From IMG/VR virus record IMGVR_UViG_3300027770_000038, positions 1-64,000 of that record: a DNA stretch of 64,000 bases, one strand, 5' to 3'. Under the pieces are notes generated by a model that saw only the letters and a list, made by a program, of their open reading frames with translations, did no database searches and had not been told where the DNA came from. Shown here one piece after another: positions 56,299 to 64,000 of this stretch. Source of the DNA: a virus. Its lineage: Duplodnaviria; Caudoviricetes. Every line of letters starts with the position of its first letter. The stretch's first letter is position 1. The translations under genes were made by a program, and so were the position numbers.

Positions 56299-57351
56299 AT
56301 GAAAAATATAATTATAACAGGAATTTCCGGTCAAGATGGATCTTACATGCTTGATTATTTGCTTGAGAATACCGATTATAACATTTTTGGTGCAGTTAGA
56401 AGGCTTTCTGTACCTAACTATTCTAATTTCTCACAACATTTAAACAATAAAAGACTTAGTCTTGTAACCGTTGATCTTTCTGATTCTCAATCAATTGACA
56501 ACATAGTAAGAGAGATAAAGCCTGATTACTTTATTAATTTTGCAGCGCAATCTTTCGTAGGTTCAAGCTGGCAAATTCCTGAACAAACATTTGACGCTGG
56601 CGCTATGGGCGTGTTAAGGTGCCTTGAGGCTGTGCGTAAGCACTCTCCAAAGTGCAGATTTTATAATGCTGGAAGTTCTGAAGAGTTTGGAGATGTAAAG
56701 TATACCCCTCAAGATGAAAAGCATTCATTGTCTCCAAGATCTCCATATGGAGCCGCAAAGTGCGCGGCGAGACATATAGTAAAAGTGTATCGTGAGTCTT
56801 ATAATCTTTTTGCAATTCAAGGCTATCTTTTTAATCATGAATCTCCAAGAAGGGGAGAAGAGTTTGTAACTCGAAAAATCACCAAAGGAGTAGCCAGAAT
56901 TTTTAAAGCTATTAAAAATGGACAGCCTTTTGGGCCTATCCATTTAGGAAATGTTGACGCAAAAAGAGACTGGAGCCATGCTATAGATTTTGTTGATGGA
57001 GTATGGAAGATGCTTAACCAAGCACACCCCAATGAGTATATACTTTCTAGTAATGAAGCTCATACAATTAGAGAATTCATTGAACTAGCATTTAAAGAAG
57101 TTGGGATAGAGGGATTTTGGCACGGCCAAGGGACCAACGAAGAATTCTCCATCTCGACTGAATACGCCATTAAAAACGAAGTCAACTCCTCTGTTCTGGT
57201 TAAAATTGATCCAAAATTCTTTCGCCCAGCAGAGGTAGAGCTTTTACTTGGAGACTCTTCCAAAGCTCGCCTAGAATTAGGATGGAGCCCAAAATGGTCT
57301 TTCCATCAATTAGTAAAAGACATGGTAATTTCTGATCTGAATCAAACTTAA
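56299..57351 (+). CDS. gmd: GDP-mannose 4,6-dehydratase
   Basis: ITGISGQDGSY, AAQSFV..SW, SSEEFG, PRSPYGAAK, FNHESPRRG.EFVTRKIT, KRDW.HA, RPAEV. Confidence 0.95.
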   Translation: MKNIIITGISGQDGSYMLDYLLENTDYNIFGAVRRLSVPNYSNFSQHLNNKRLSLVTVDLSDSQSIDNIVREIKPDYFINFAAQSFVGSSWQIPEQTFDAGAMGVLRCLEAVRKHSPKCRFYNAGSSEEFGDVKYTPQDEKHSLSPRSPYGAAKCAARHIVKVYRESYNLFAIQGYLFNHESPRRGEEFVTRKITKGVARIFKAIKNGQPFGPIHLGNVDAKRDWSHAIDFVDGVWKMLNQAHPNEYILSSNEAHTIREFIELAFKEVGIEGFWHGQGTNEEFSISTEYAIKNEVNSSVLVKIDPKFFRPAEVELLLGDSSKARLELGWSPKWSFHQLVKDMVISDLNQT

Positions 57352-57743
57352 TGTCCATTCAACAAACAATTGTAGAAAAATTTGTCAGAAAAAACGAAGT
57401 AGACTGGGCTAGGGATATGAAGGCTGCTACGGCGCTTTTAAAAATTTTCCCTGAGCATGGGTTTTGGGAATGGCTTGAGCCGCACCCAACAGTTTCTAAT
57501 CTTGGATTTTTTCGGTCTAAAAAGAACTTAACAATACTAAAAGACAGATATTCCCTTTTCCTTCAACGGAAAGACCTCAAGGAGTCGAAAGAAAAGCTGA
57601 AAGAAAGCTTTGACTCAAAGGTCGCGACCAGCTATAATCAAGAGGACAGCAAAGTGGGCGAAGACATTCCTATCGTCAAAAAGCCCAGAACTTTAAAAGA
57701 ATTTCTTAATCATGGCAAAGCCCCCGAAACAACAGCAACCTGA
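57351..57743 (+). CDS. hypothetical protein
   Basis: 130-aa ORF directly upstream of the recA-like gene; ends KPRTLKEFL. Confidence 0.6.
   Translation: MSIQQTIVEKFVRKNEVDWARDMKAATALLKIFPEHGFWEWLEPHPTVSNLGFFRSKKNLTILKDRYSLFLQRKDLKESKEKLKESFDSKVATSYNQEDSKVGEDIPIVKKPRTLKEFLNHGKAPETTAT
57610..57638 (+). promoter_or_regulatory. sigma70-type promoter for the recombination/replication genes
   Basis: TTGACT-17 nt-TATAAT inside the upstream ORF. Confidence 0.7.
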
Positions 57744-58863
57744 AGAAAAAAACTCAAGCATTGGAGCTTCAAGCAGACTCCAATCTATTCTTAATCACAA
57801 AGATCACAAAGATGATCACTTTAATTTTGAAGAAGCAGTGACTTGGAAGATCTCTACTGGGAGCTTGCTTTTAGATGCTGCGGTAGGTGGAGGCATCACC
57901 CCTTCTCTTATCCGTCTTTGTGGACCAAATAATGAAGGCAAAACACCCCAAGCGATAGAAATTTGCAGAAATTTTCTTTTAGAAATCCCGAAAAGTAGAG
58001 TAGTCTGGGTCTTAGCAGAGGGTCGTCTCTCTAAGGAAAACAGAGAACGCTGCGGGATCAAGTTCGTCACCGATGCATCAGAATGGACTGACGGCTCAGT
58101 GTTTATCCTTGAATCTAATGTTTATGATTTAGTAATTGACGTTATTAAAGATCTTGTCCTTAATAATGAAGAAGATAATCGTTATTGTTTTGTTATTGAT
58201 TCTATGGACGGTCTTATCTTAAAGAGAGATAAGGATACAAGCCCAGCAGACGCGAGCAAGGTTGCCGGAACTCAAGTCATCAGCAAGAAGCTTCTACAAT
58301 CACTAAGTATTGGAATGTTTAAGCATGGTCATCTAATGATCGCGGTTAGCCAGATTACTTCTGAAATTAAAATCGATCCCTATGCTAAAAACGCTCCGAG
58401 AGGAGGAATGTTCAGCGGTGGAAATGCATTATTGCATTGGGCTGACTTTATCCTAGAGTATAGCACGACAGCAATGGGCGACTATATCCTTGACAACCCA
58501 GCAGGGAAGATGAATGATGGCAAGACTAAATCGATTGGTAAGTATTCCAAAGTAATGATCCAAAAATCTACCAGCGAAGCTACTCGCAAAAACATCGTTC
58601 AATATCCTATTAAATTTGGAAAAAAGCCTTCTGGCATCTGGGTTGAGTATGAGATTCTTGATTGCCTACTCATGTGGGATCTTGTCGTTGCAAAGGGGGC
58701 TTGGATTACGGTAGATGATTCTTTAGTTGAAGAACTTAAGAACGTTGGAATTGAAATGCCCAAGCAGCACCAAGGGAGAGAAAACTTCAGAAAATGGCTT
58801 GAAGAAAATGAACAGGCCACCAAATATCTTTTTGGCAAGCTAAAAGCTGTCCAATCAAAATGA
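57712..58863 (+). CDS. RecA/UvsX-like recombinase
   Basis: ISTGSL.LDAA.GGG, Walker A GPNNEGKT, VIDS, SQ, GGNAL.H.A, GAW. Confidence 0.88.
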   Translation: MAKPPKQQQPEEKNSSIGASSRLQSILNHKDHKDDHFNFEEAVTWKISTGSLLLDAAVGGGITPSLIRLCGPNNEGKTPQAIEICRNFLLEIPKSRVVWVLAEGRLSKENRERCGIKFVTDASEWTDGSVFILESNVYDLVIDVIKDLVLNNEEDNRYCFVIDSMDGLILKRDKDTSPADASKVAGTQVISKKLLQSLSIGMFKHGHLMIAVSQITSEIKIDPYAKNAPRGGMFSGGNALLHWADFILEYSTTAMGDYILDNPAGKMNDGKTKSIGKYSKVMIQKSTSEATRKNIVQYPIKFGKKPSGIWVEYEILDCLLMWDLVVAKGAWITVDDSLVEELKNVGIEMPKQHQGRENFRKWLEENEQATKYLFGKLKAVQSK

Positions 58864-59279
58864 AGTTATATTCTGTAACCGGCAGGATAATTAACAAAAA
58901 TGTTTCTCAATTTTTAATAGATTGGGACAAACGATCTCGCTCTAAGATTCAGTTCCAAGTTAAACAGTTTCTTAAACCATTTTGGAAAACTCATGTTTGT
59001 TATGAAGAGTTCCCGGTATTCGGAAGTAGAATGAAAGTAGACTTTATTAATATTTCCCGCAAAATAGCGATAGAAGTTAATGGAGATCAGCATTCTTCTT
59101 TTAATAAATTCTTCCATAACAATTCTAGATTGAATTATCTTAACTCTATAAAAAGAGACTATAAGAAATCTGTATGGTTAGAGAAGAACGGTTTTCAACT
59201 ATTAGAGTTAGAGACATCTGATTTAAATAAGTTAAGCTACGATTATATAAATCATACATTCAAGATATCACTGGTGTAA
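58860..59279 (+). CDS. DUF559/Vsr-like PD-(D/E)XK endonuclease
   Basis: EE.P, VDF......AIEV.G.QH, RD..K..W...NG..L.E. Confidence 0.75.
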   Translation: MKLYSVTGRIINKNVSQFLIDWDKRSRSKIQFQVKQFLKPFWKTHVCYEEFPVFGSRMKVDFINISRKIAIEVNGDQHSSFNKFFHNNSRLNYLNSIKRDYKKSVWLEKNGFQLLELETSDLNKLSYDYINHTFKISLV

Positions 59280-59287
59280 TATAAGCT

Positions 59288-59572
59288 GTGGCAAAAAATA
59301 AAGAATTCCAGTTTCCAGATAGTATTCTATCTCAAATAGATGAATGCTCTCAAGGAGGGTTTTTATTATTCACCTTTGATAAAAAAGGAATGCCAGAAGT
59401 GAGATCTAAATTCGATAATGCACAGAACGCAATGGCTATGCATTATTATATTAATAATTGGCTTAGTGCTGTTGAACAAATCAATTTAGAAAACACGATC
59501 CATAACATTATCGCTGCTGATAAAGAAGATGATGAAGACGATGATAATGAAGACGGTCCTGCTAGTAAGTAA
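59288..59572 (+). CDS. hypothetical protein with acidic tail
   Basis: 94-aa ORF preceded by GTGTAAT. Confidence 0.6.
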   Translation: MAKNKEFQFPDSILSQIDECSQGGFLLFTFDKKGMPEVRSKFDNAQNAMAMHYYINNWLSAVEQINLENTIHNIIAADKEDDEDDDNEDGPASK

Positions 59573-59588
59573 CTCTTTTTTTAGTTAA

Positions 59589-61073
59589 ATGAAACTTTCC
59601 TCTATTAAGGTAGAGCAATCCTTGCTTGGTTCGCTCATTAAAAATTCAGAATCATTCTACGATATAGATCATTTTATATCAGAGATTGATTTTACAAACG
59701 ATGTAAACGGAACAATATATTCGATAATTCGCCAGATATGCAACGCTAAAGAAAAAATAGATAAAGTCATTCTGGCTCAGAAAATTCAGAATCTTGGCAT
59801 TTCTTTCCAAGAAGATCTTGACATATATGATTATATCGATTGTCTTTCTTTAACAGTTTCAAATAAAGATTCTGCTATTAAATACGCTCAAGAGTTAAAG
59901 CAGTTTTCTATTCGTCGTGATATAAAAGGCATGGCGCAAAGAATAATAGAAACTGTTTCTACCAATCCTGAGAAAAATGCCAGTCAAATCATAGCTGAAG
60001 TAGACTCTATATATGGCGAAAAGATTAATTCTTTTGATGCTACTGAAGAGATTAGAAATATCTTTGATGACATAGAGGTATTTATAGAAGAAAAAGGTAA
60101 TAATCCTCAAGAAGAATCAGGCATAGATTTGCATTATCCAGAGTTCGCAAGGCTTTATGGAGGCTTGAGAAACGGAAATGTTTATGCAATCGTCAGTCGC
60201 CCCGGTCAAGGCAAAAGCTCGTTCTTGGTTGAGATGTCTCTTGGAGCTTATTTAAAGAATAAAAAGGTTAGCGTCCTTTACCTTGATACAGAAATGTTTT
60301 CACAAGATGTGAAACTCCGTATTGCAGCAGCGAAAACTGGAGTGCCTTTCTGGTATATTGACACGGGAAACTGGCGTAAAGATCCTGAGATGGTTTTCAA
60401 AATCAGAGCTTTCTTAAAAGAGTTTAGCAAATATAACTATACTCATCATTGTGTTGGTAATAAAGGAATTGACGAGATTATATCTTTTATCCGTAGATGG
60501 TATTACAGTAAAGTTGGAAGAGGGAATCCTGCTCTTATTTGTTATGACTACGTCAAACTTACCGGAGAAAAGGTCGGCCAAAACTGGGCAGAGCATCAAG
60601 CCATTGGCGAAAAGATAGATAAACTTAAAAAGATTTCAGAAGAAATTAATGCCCCTCTATTCACTGCAATGCAAATGAATAGATCTGGTGAAAATTTTAA
60701 TAGAAATGCTGGAGACGTAACCGATGATAGTTCCGCAATCGCCTTGTCTGATCGGCTTCAATGGTTTGCCAGCTATGTTGCGATTTTCCGAAGAAAAACT
60801 CTTGACGAAATAGAGCGCGATACGCCAGACTTCGGCACACATAAATTGATAACTTTAAAGAGCCGCTTCCAAGGCAAAGATGCTGCTGGACATCAGGATC
60901 TTATGAGAAGGAGAAATGATCATGGCGATGAAAAATATGTTCAAAACTTTGTCAACTTTCAGATTAGTAATTTCAGCGTAGAAGAAAGGGGTTCCTTGGC
61001 TAACATTATTGAGAGAGAGCGTCAGACATTTTCATTGAATGATACCAATCCCAATGATGGTTCTTTGTTATGA
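59589..61073 (+). CDS. dnaB: replicative DNA helicase
   Basis: EQSLLG.L N-domain, SRPGQGKS Walker A, LDTEM, YDYV, Q.NR, K.R.G. Confidence 0.9.
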   Translation: MKLSSIKVEQSLLGSLIKNSESFYDIDHFISEIDFTNDVNGTIYSIIRQICNAKEKIDKVILAQKIQNLGISFQEDLDIYDYIDCLSLTVSNKDSAIKYAQELKQFSIRRDIKGMAQRIIETVSTNPEKNASQIIAEVDSIYGEKINSFDATEEIRNIFDDIEVFIEEKGNNPQEESGIDLHYPEFARLYGGLRNGNVYAIVSRPGQGKSSFLVEMSLGAYLKNKKVSVLYLDTEMFSQDVKLRIAAAKTGVPFWYIDTGNWRKDPEMVFKIRAFLKEFSKYNYTHHCVGNKGIDEIISFIRRWYYSKVGRGNPALICYDYVKLTGEKVGQNWAEHQAIGEKIDKLKKISEEINAPLFTAMQMNRSGENFNRNAGDVTDDSSAIALSDRLQWFASYVAIFRRKTLDEIERDTPDFGTHKLITLKSRFQGKDAAGHQDLMRRRNDHGDEKYVQNFVNFQISNFSVEERGSLANIIERERQTFSLNDTNPNDGSLL

Positions 61074-61987
61074 GCGATATAAAAGAAATACTTAACAACA
61101 TCGGTTATCAAAACCTTAAAGATTTTGGCAGTTGGTATAGAACTCGTCCAATTTATAGAAGCTCTGATAATGATACTGTCTTAGCCATAAATAAAAACAC
61201 TGGTTACTGGTATGACTACAAATTATGCAAAGGGGGTAGGTTAAGTGAATTAGTTCAAATCACGCTTAATCTAAACGATCTATCTCATGCAGATAAGATG
61301 CTTGCTGAGAAGTTCAATTTCACAGGAATTGTATCTAATCCAGACAAAACAATTATCAGTCAAGTAAAGATTTATAATGAGTCAATGCTCGATGGTCTTG
61401 TAAAAGATCACTCTTATTGGTTCAAAAGAGGAATCAAAGAAGAAACCGTAGCTGAGTTCAAAGGAGGGACAGCTAAGAAAGGGAACATGATTAATCGTTA
61501 TGTTTTTCCTATTTACAATCCTTCTGGCAAAATTGTAGGATTTAGCGGCAGATCGCTTGTCGATTCAAATAGATCTGATTTCATAAAATGGAAACATCTT
61601 GGAGCCAAAAAAGAGTGGGTTTACCCAGCGCTCTTTGGCAAGAATTCTATCTCCGAAAGCAAGACAATATTTCTAATTGAAAGCATTGGAGACATGCTGG
61701 CTTTATGGCAAGCTGGTTACAAGAATGTTATTGTCACTTTTGGATTGGCGATCTCTCCCAAAATAACAAAATTTCTTTTAGAGAACTCTATTCAGCAAGT
61801 GGTAGTCGCATTTAATAATGATTCTTTTAATAATTCTGCTGGTAACGAAGCTGCGAAAAAAGCTCGGTCTAAATTATTAATGTTCTTTGATGAAAACCAA
61901 GTGAAGATAAAGCTCCCTACTAAAAAAGACTTTGGATTAATGGGCAAAAATGAGATAGACTTATATATGAAGGAATTCAATGGATAA
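61070..61987 (+). CDS. dnaG: DNA primase (TOPRIM)
   Basis: RYVFPI....G.IVGFSGR, KW.H, LIESIGD.LAL...G, AFNND...G..AA. Confidence 0.85.
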   Translation: MSDIKEILNNIGYQNLKDFGSWYRTRPIYRSSDNDTVLAINKNTGYWYDYKLCKGGRLSELVQITLNLNDLSHADKMLAEKFNFTGIVSNPDKTIISQVKIYNESMLDGLVKDHSYWFKRGIKEETVAEFKGGTAKKGNMINRYVFPIYNPSGKIVGFSGRSLVDSNRSDFIKWKHLGAKKEWVYPALFGKNSISESKTIFLIESIGDMLALWQAGYKNVIVTFGLAISPKITKFLLENSIQQVVVAFNNDSFNNSAGNEAAKKARSKLLMFFDENQVKIKLPTKKDFGLMGKNEIDLYMKEFNG

Positions 61988-62906
61988 GAAAGAAGTCTAC
62001 CTATCTGCGTCCAGAATTAAAGCTCTTGAAACTTGTTCATGGTCTTATTATTGTAAGTATCATTTAAACATTCCCGAGAAGTCTAATTCAGGAGCGAAGC
62101 GCGGTACAATTTGTCACTTAGTATTTGAGTTGCTTCTTAACCCTCGCCATAAAGAACTTTATGAGGAAATCATTGCCTCTGGCGATCCTCTCTCTTGCGC
62201 TCCAGTAGGCAGGTTAGTAATAAAACACGCTACAAGAGAAGGGATTAACAATCTTGAAGACATAGCATTAATCAATAAAATGATTCTTGTCGGTCTTAAG
62301 AGCGACTTCTTTCCAAAGGGCGGCGACATTCAAAACCCAGAGTTCGAATTCAAAATCGAAAGAGACGGCTATAAGGCCAGAGGATTCATTGATCTCCCAA
62401 TTCTTTATAAGGAAGAAAAGAAGAGTAAGATTAGAGATTACAAGTCTAGCAAAGCAAAATTCAAGGGAGAAGAGTTGACAGCCAATGTACAGGCGATGCT
62501 ATACTCTATCGCTTCTAAAATTTATTGGCCTGAGTACGAGCCAGAAGTAGAATTTATATTTCTCAGATTTCCTAAAGCACCAGTGCAGCCGGTAAAATTT
62601 ACAGATGATGAATTGTCAGGATTTGAGGTTTACCTTAAGCATGTTTACGGTAAAGTCAGTAACTTCTCTGAGCAAGATGCAAAACAAAACTTTGCCGCAG
62701 ATGACGTAAAGAGTAGATGGCTATGTCAGGCAGGAGCTACTTGGGTTTGTCCCTTTAAGAACGAGATGTGGTTTTATTCTATTTACGACAAGAACGACAA
62801 ATTTGTAAAAAGCTTTTTCACGGCAGAAGAAGCAAAAGCAGCAAAGAAAGACGATTCTCAAGTTATTAAAAAATTTAAGTATGAAGGTTGCCCCAGATGG
62901 AAATAA
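61980..62906 (+). CDS. PD-(D/E)XK nuclease (RecB/Cas4-like)
   Basis: LSASRI...E.C...Y, GT.CH, E..F, RGFID, RDYKS, Q...Y, C-terminal Cys residues. Confidence 0.82.
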   Translation: MDKKEVYLSASRIKALETCSWSYYCKYHLNIPEKSNSGAKRGTICHLVFELLLNPRHKELYEEIIASGDPLSCAPVGRLVIKHATREGINNLEDIALINKMILVGLKSDFFPKGGDIQNPEFEFKIERDGYKARGFIDLPILYKEEKKSKIRDYKSSKAKFKGEELTANVQAMLYSIASKIYWPEYEPEVEFIFLRFPKAPVQPVKFTDDELSGFEVYLKHVYGKVSNFSEQDAKQNFAADDVKSRWLCQAGATWVCPFKNEMWFYSIYDKNDKFVKSFFTAEEAKAAKKDDSQVIKKFKYEGCPRWK

Positions 62907-62915
62907 CTCTTATTT

Positions 62916-63677
62916 ATGAAAATATTACCTCTTTTTAAAAGCCATTATAGCATCGGCAAATCAATATTAACGCTAGATAAGGCCGGATCTTCTTCTAAAG
63001 AAGGCTCCTCTTCTATCGTAGACATCGTTAAAGAAAACAAACTGGACCAAGTTTTCCTTGTAGAGGAGAATATGAGTTCTTTTCTTGACGCTTTTAAAAA
63101 CTTTAATTCTATTAAGGTTCCATTCTATTACGGACTTAGACTAGAGCTATGCCCTGATACAAACGAAAAGACTGACGAGTCTTTGAAAAAGTCCAGTAAA
63201 ATTATCATCTTCGCTAAAAATGGCAATGGATACAAGAAACTCATTAAGATATTCAGTATCGCCGCGACAGATGGTTTTTATTATACACCAAGAATAGACG
63301 AAAAGACCTTGACACAAGAGTGGGATGAAGCTAGCCTAAAATTATGCGTCCCATTCTATGACTCTTTTCTATTCAAAAATACAATGTCTTACTCCTTGTG
63401 CTGCCCAGAGTTGAAGTTCACAAAGCCTACTTTTTTTACTGAAGATAATGATCTTCCATTTGATCAGATAGTAAGGCAAAAAGTAATCAAATTCTGCGCT
63501 GATCAATACGAGACAGTTGCCAGCAAAAGTATTTATTACGAGACAAGAGAAGACTTTAAAGCCTACATGACTTTTAGATGCATTAATAACAGAACTACCC
63601 TTAACAAGCCGAATTTAGAACACATGTGCAGCGCTGAATTTAGTTTCGAAAGCTGGAAGGAGGCTGATTCTATATGA
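62916..63677 (+). CDS. PHP domain of DNA polymerase III alpha, stand-alone
   Basis: SHYSI.KS, G.R, AKN..GYK.L.K..S.A...GFYY.PRID; ends at 253 aa without a polymerase domain. Confidence 0.82.
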   Translation: MKILPLFKSHYSIGKSILTLDKAGSSSKEGSSSIVDIVKENKLDQVFLVEENMSSFLDAFKNFNSIKVPFYYGLRLELCPDTNEKTDESLKKSSKIIIFAKNGNGYKKLIKIFSIAATDGFYYTPRIDEKTLTQEWDEASLKLCVPFYDSFLFKNTMSYSLCCPELKFTKPTFFTEDNDLPFDQIVRQKVIKFCADQYETVASKSIYYETREDFKAYMTFRCINNRTTLNKPNLEHMCSAEFSFESWKEADSI

Positions 63678-64000
63678 TGGAAAATCTTCTTCGTTATGAT
63701 AAAGATAAAGTCTATACTTTTATAGACTTAGAGACCGAGAATTTATGCCTTAGCTTTATAAATAATCGCCCTTGGCAATGCGGCATGATCAAAGTTAAAG
63801 GAAATGAGGTCTTAGAAACTTCTGATATTTATATTAAATGGGATAAGCCTATTAATGTTAGCAAAGAAGCTGCCCAAATTACTCGTTTCGATCAGTACAA
63901 ATATAATAAAATTGCTATCCATTCTAGCGAAGCTATTAAAACTATAGCACATTGGTTAGAAAATTGTGATTATATAATCGGGCACAATATCTTAAACTTC
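63674..64000 (+). CDS. DnaQ-like DEDD 3'-5' exonuclease, partial (runs off the window)
   Basis: hand translation MMENLLRYDKDKVYTFIDLETENL...EAAQIT...IIGHNILNF (ExoI DxE and ExoII GHN..F). Confidence 0.82.
   Translation, partial: MMENLLRYDKDKVYTFIDLETENLCLSFINNRPWQCGMIKVKGNEVLETSDIYIKWDKPINVSKEAAQITRFDQYKYNKIAIHSSEAIKTIAHWLENCDYIIGHNILNF

Noticed and set aside
59-62478. Many short antisense or nested ORFs in the six-frame track (e.g. 527-799, 10863-11222, 28739-29092, 39812-40171)
   Set aside because: They lie opposite or within well-supported genes and show no recognisable motifs; treated as shadow ORFs.
1-64000. Alternative genetic code (stop-codon reassignment)
   Set aside because: Conserved genes (thyX, nrdJ, dnaB, gmd, recA) are intact in code 11, and TAA, TAG and TGA all end genes; no suppressor tRNA seen.
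1-64000. CRISPR array or Cas system
   Set aside because: No regularly spaced repeats seen; the Cas4-like nuclease at 61980 sits in a replication operon with no cas neighbours.

Overview
A 64-kb segment of a large, AT-rich dsDNA tailed phage (jumbo-phage-like gene content). Genes read cleanly in the standard bacterial code. Almost all genes in ~1-35.8 kb are on the minus strand: many short hypothetical genes, thyX, HNH nucleases, rIIA/rIIB, a RuvB-like ATPase, UvsE, Hsp20, dUTPase, dCMP deaminase, two tRNAs, a first glycosyl-/methyltransferase cluster and several envelope-targeted proteins. From ~35.8 kb genes switch to the plus strand: dNMP kinase, a sigma factor, SSB, an intein-containing class II ribonucleotide reductase, a 14-kb glycan cluster, then RecA, DnaB, DnaG, a PD-(D/E)XK nuclease, a PHP-only DnaE piece and a DnaQ-like exonuclease running off the window. 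Most notable: (1) a promoter-driven, multi-domain structured non-coding element at 36263-36690 near the strand switch that I cannot assign to a known RNA family; (2) an apparent GDP-colitose pathway (Gmd, His-type ColD, ColC/Fcl) among about 25 glycan-related genes; (3) a near-consensus sigma54 promoter with candidate enhancer repeats upstream of the phage Hsp20; (4) two further promoter classes, near-leaderless sigma70-type and a recurrent GTGTAAT motif; (5) phage-encoded envelope proteins (c-type heme protein, beta-barrel OMP, EF-hand protein, u-spanin-like lipoprotein). All calls come from motif recognition by eye; no database search was run. A Gram-negative host, possibly PVC/Verrucomicrobia, is inference only.
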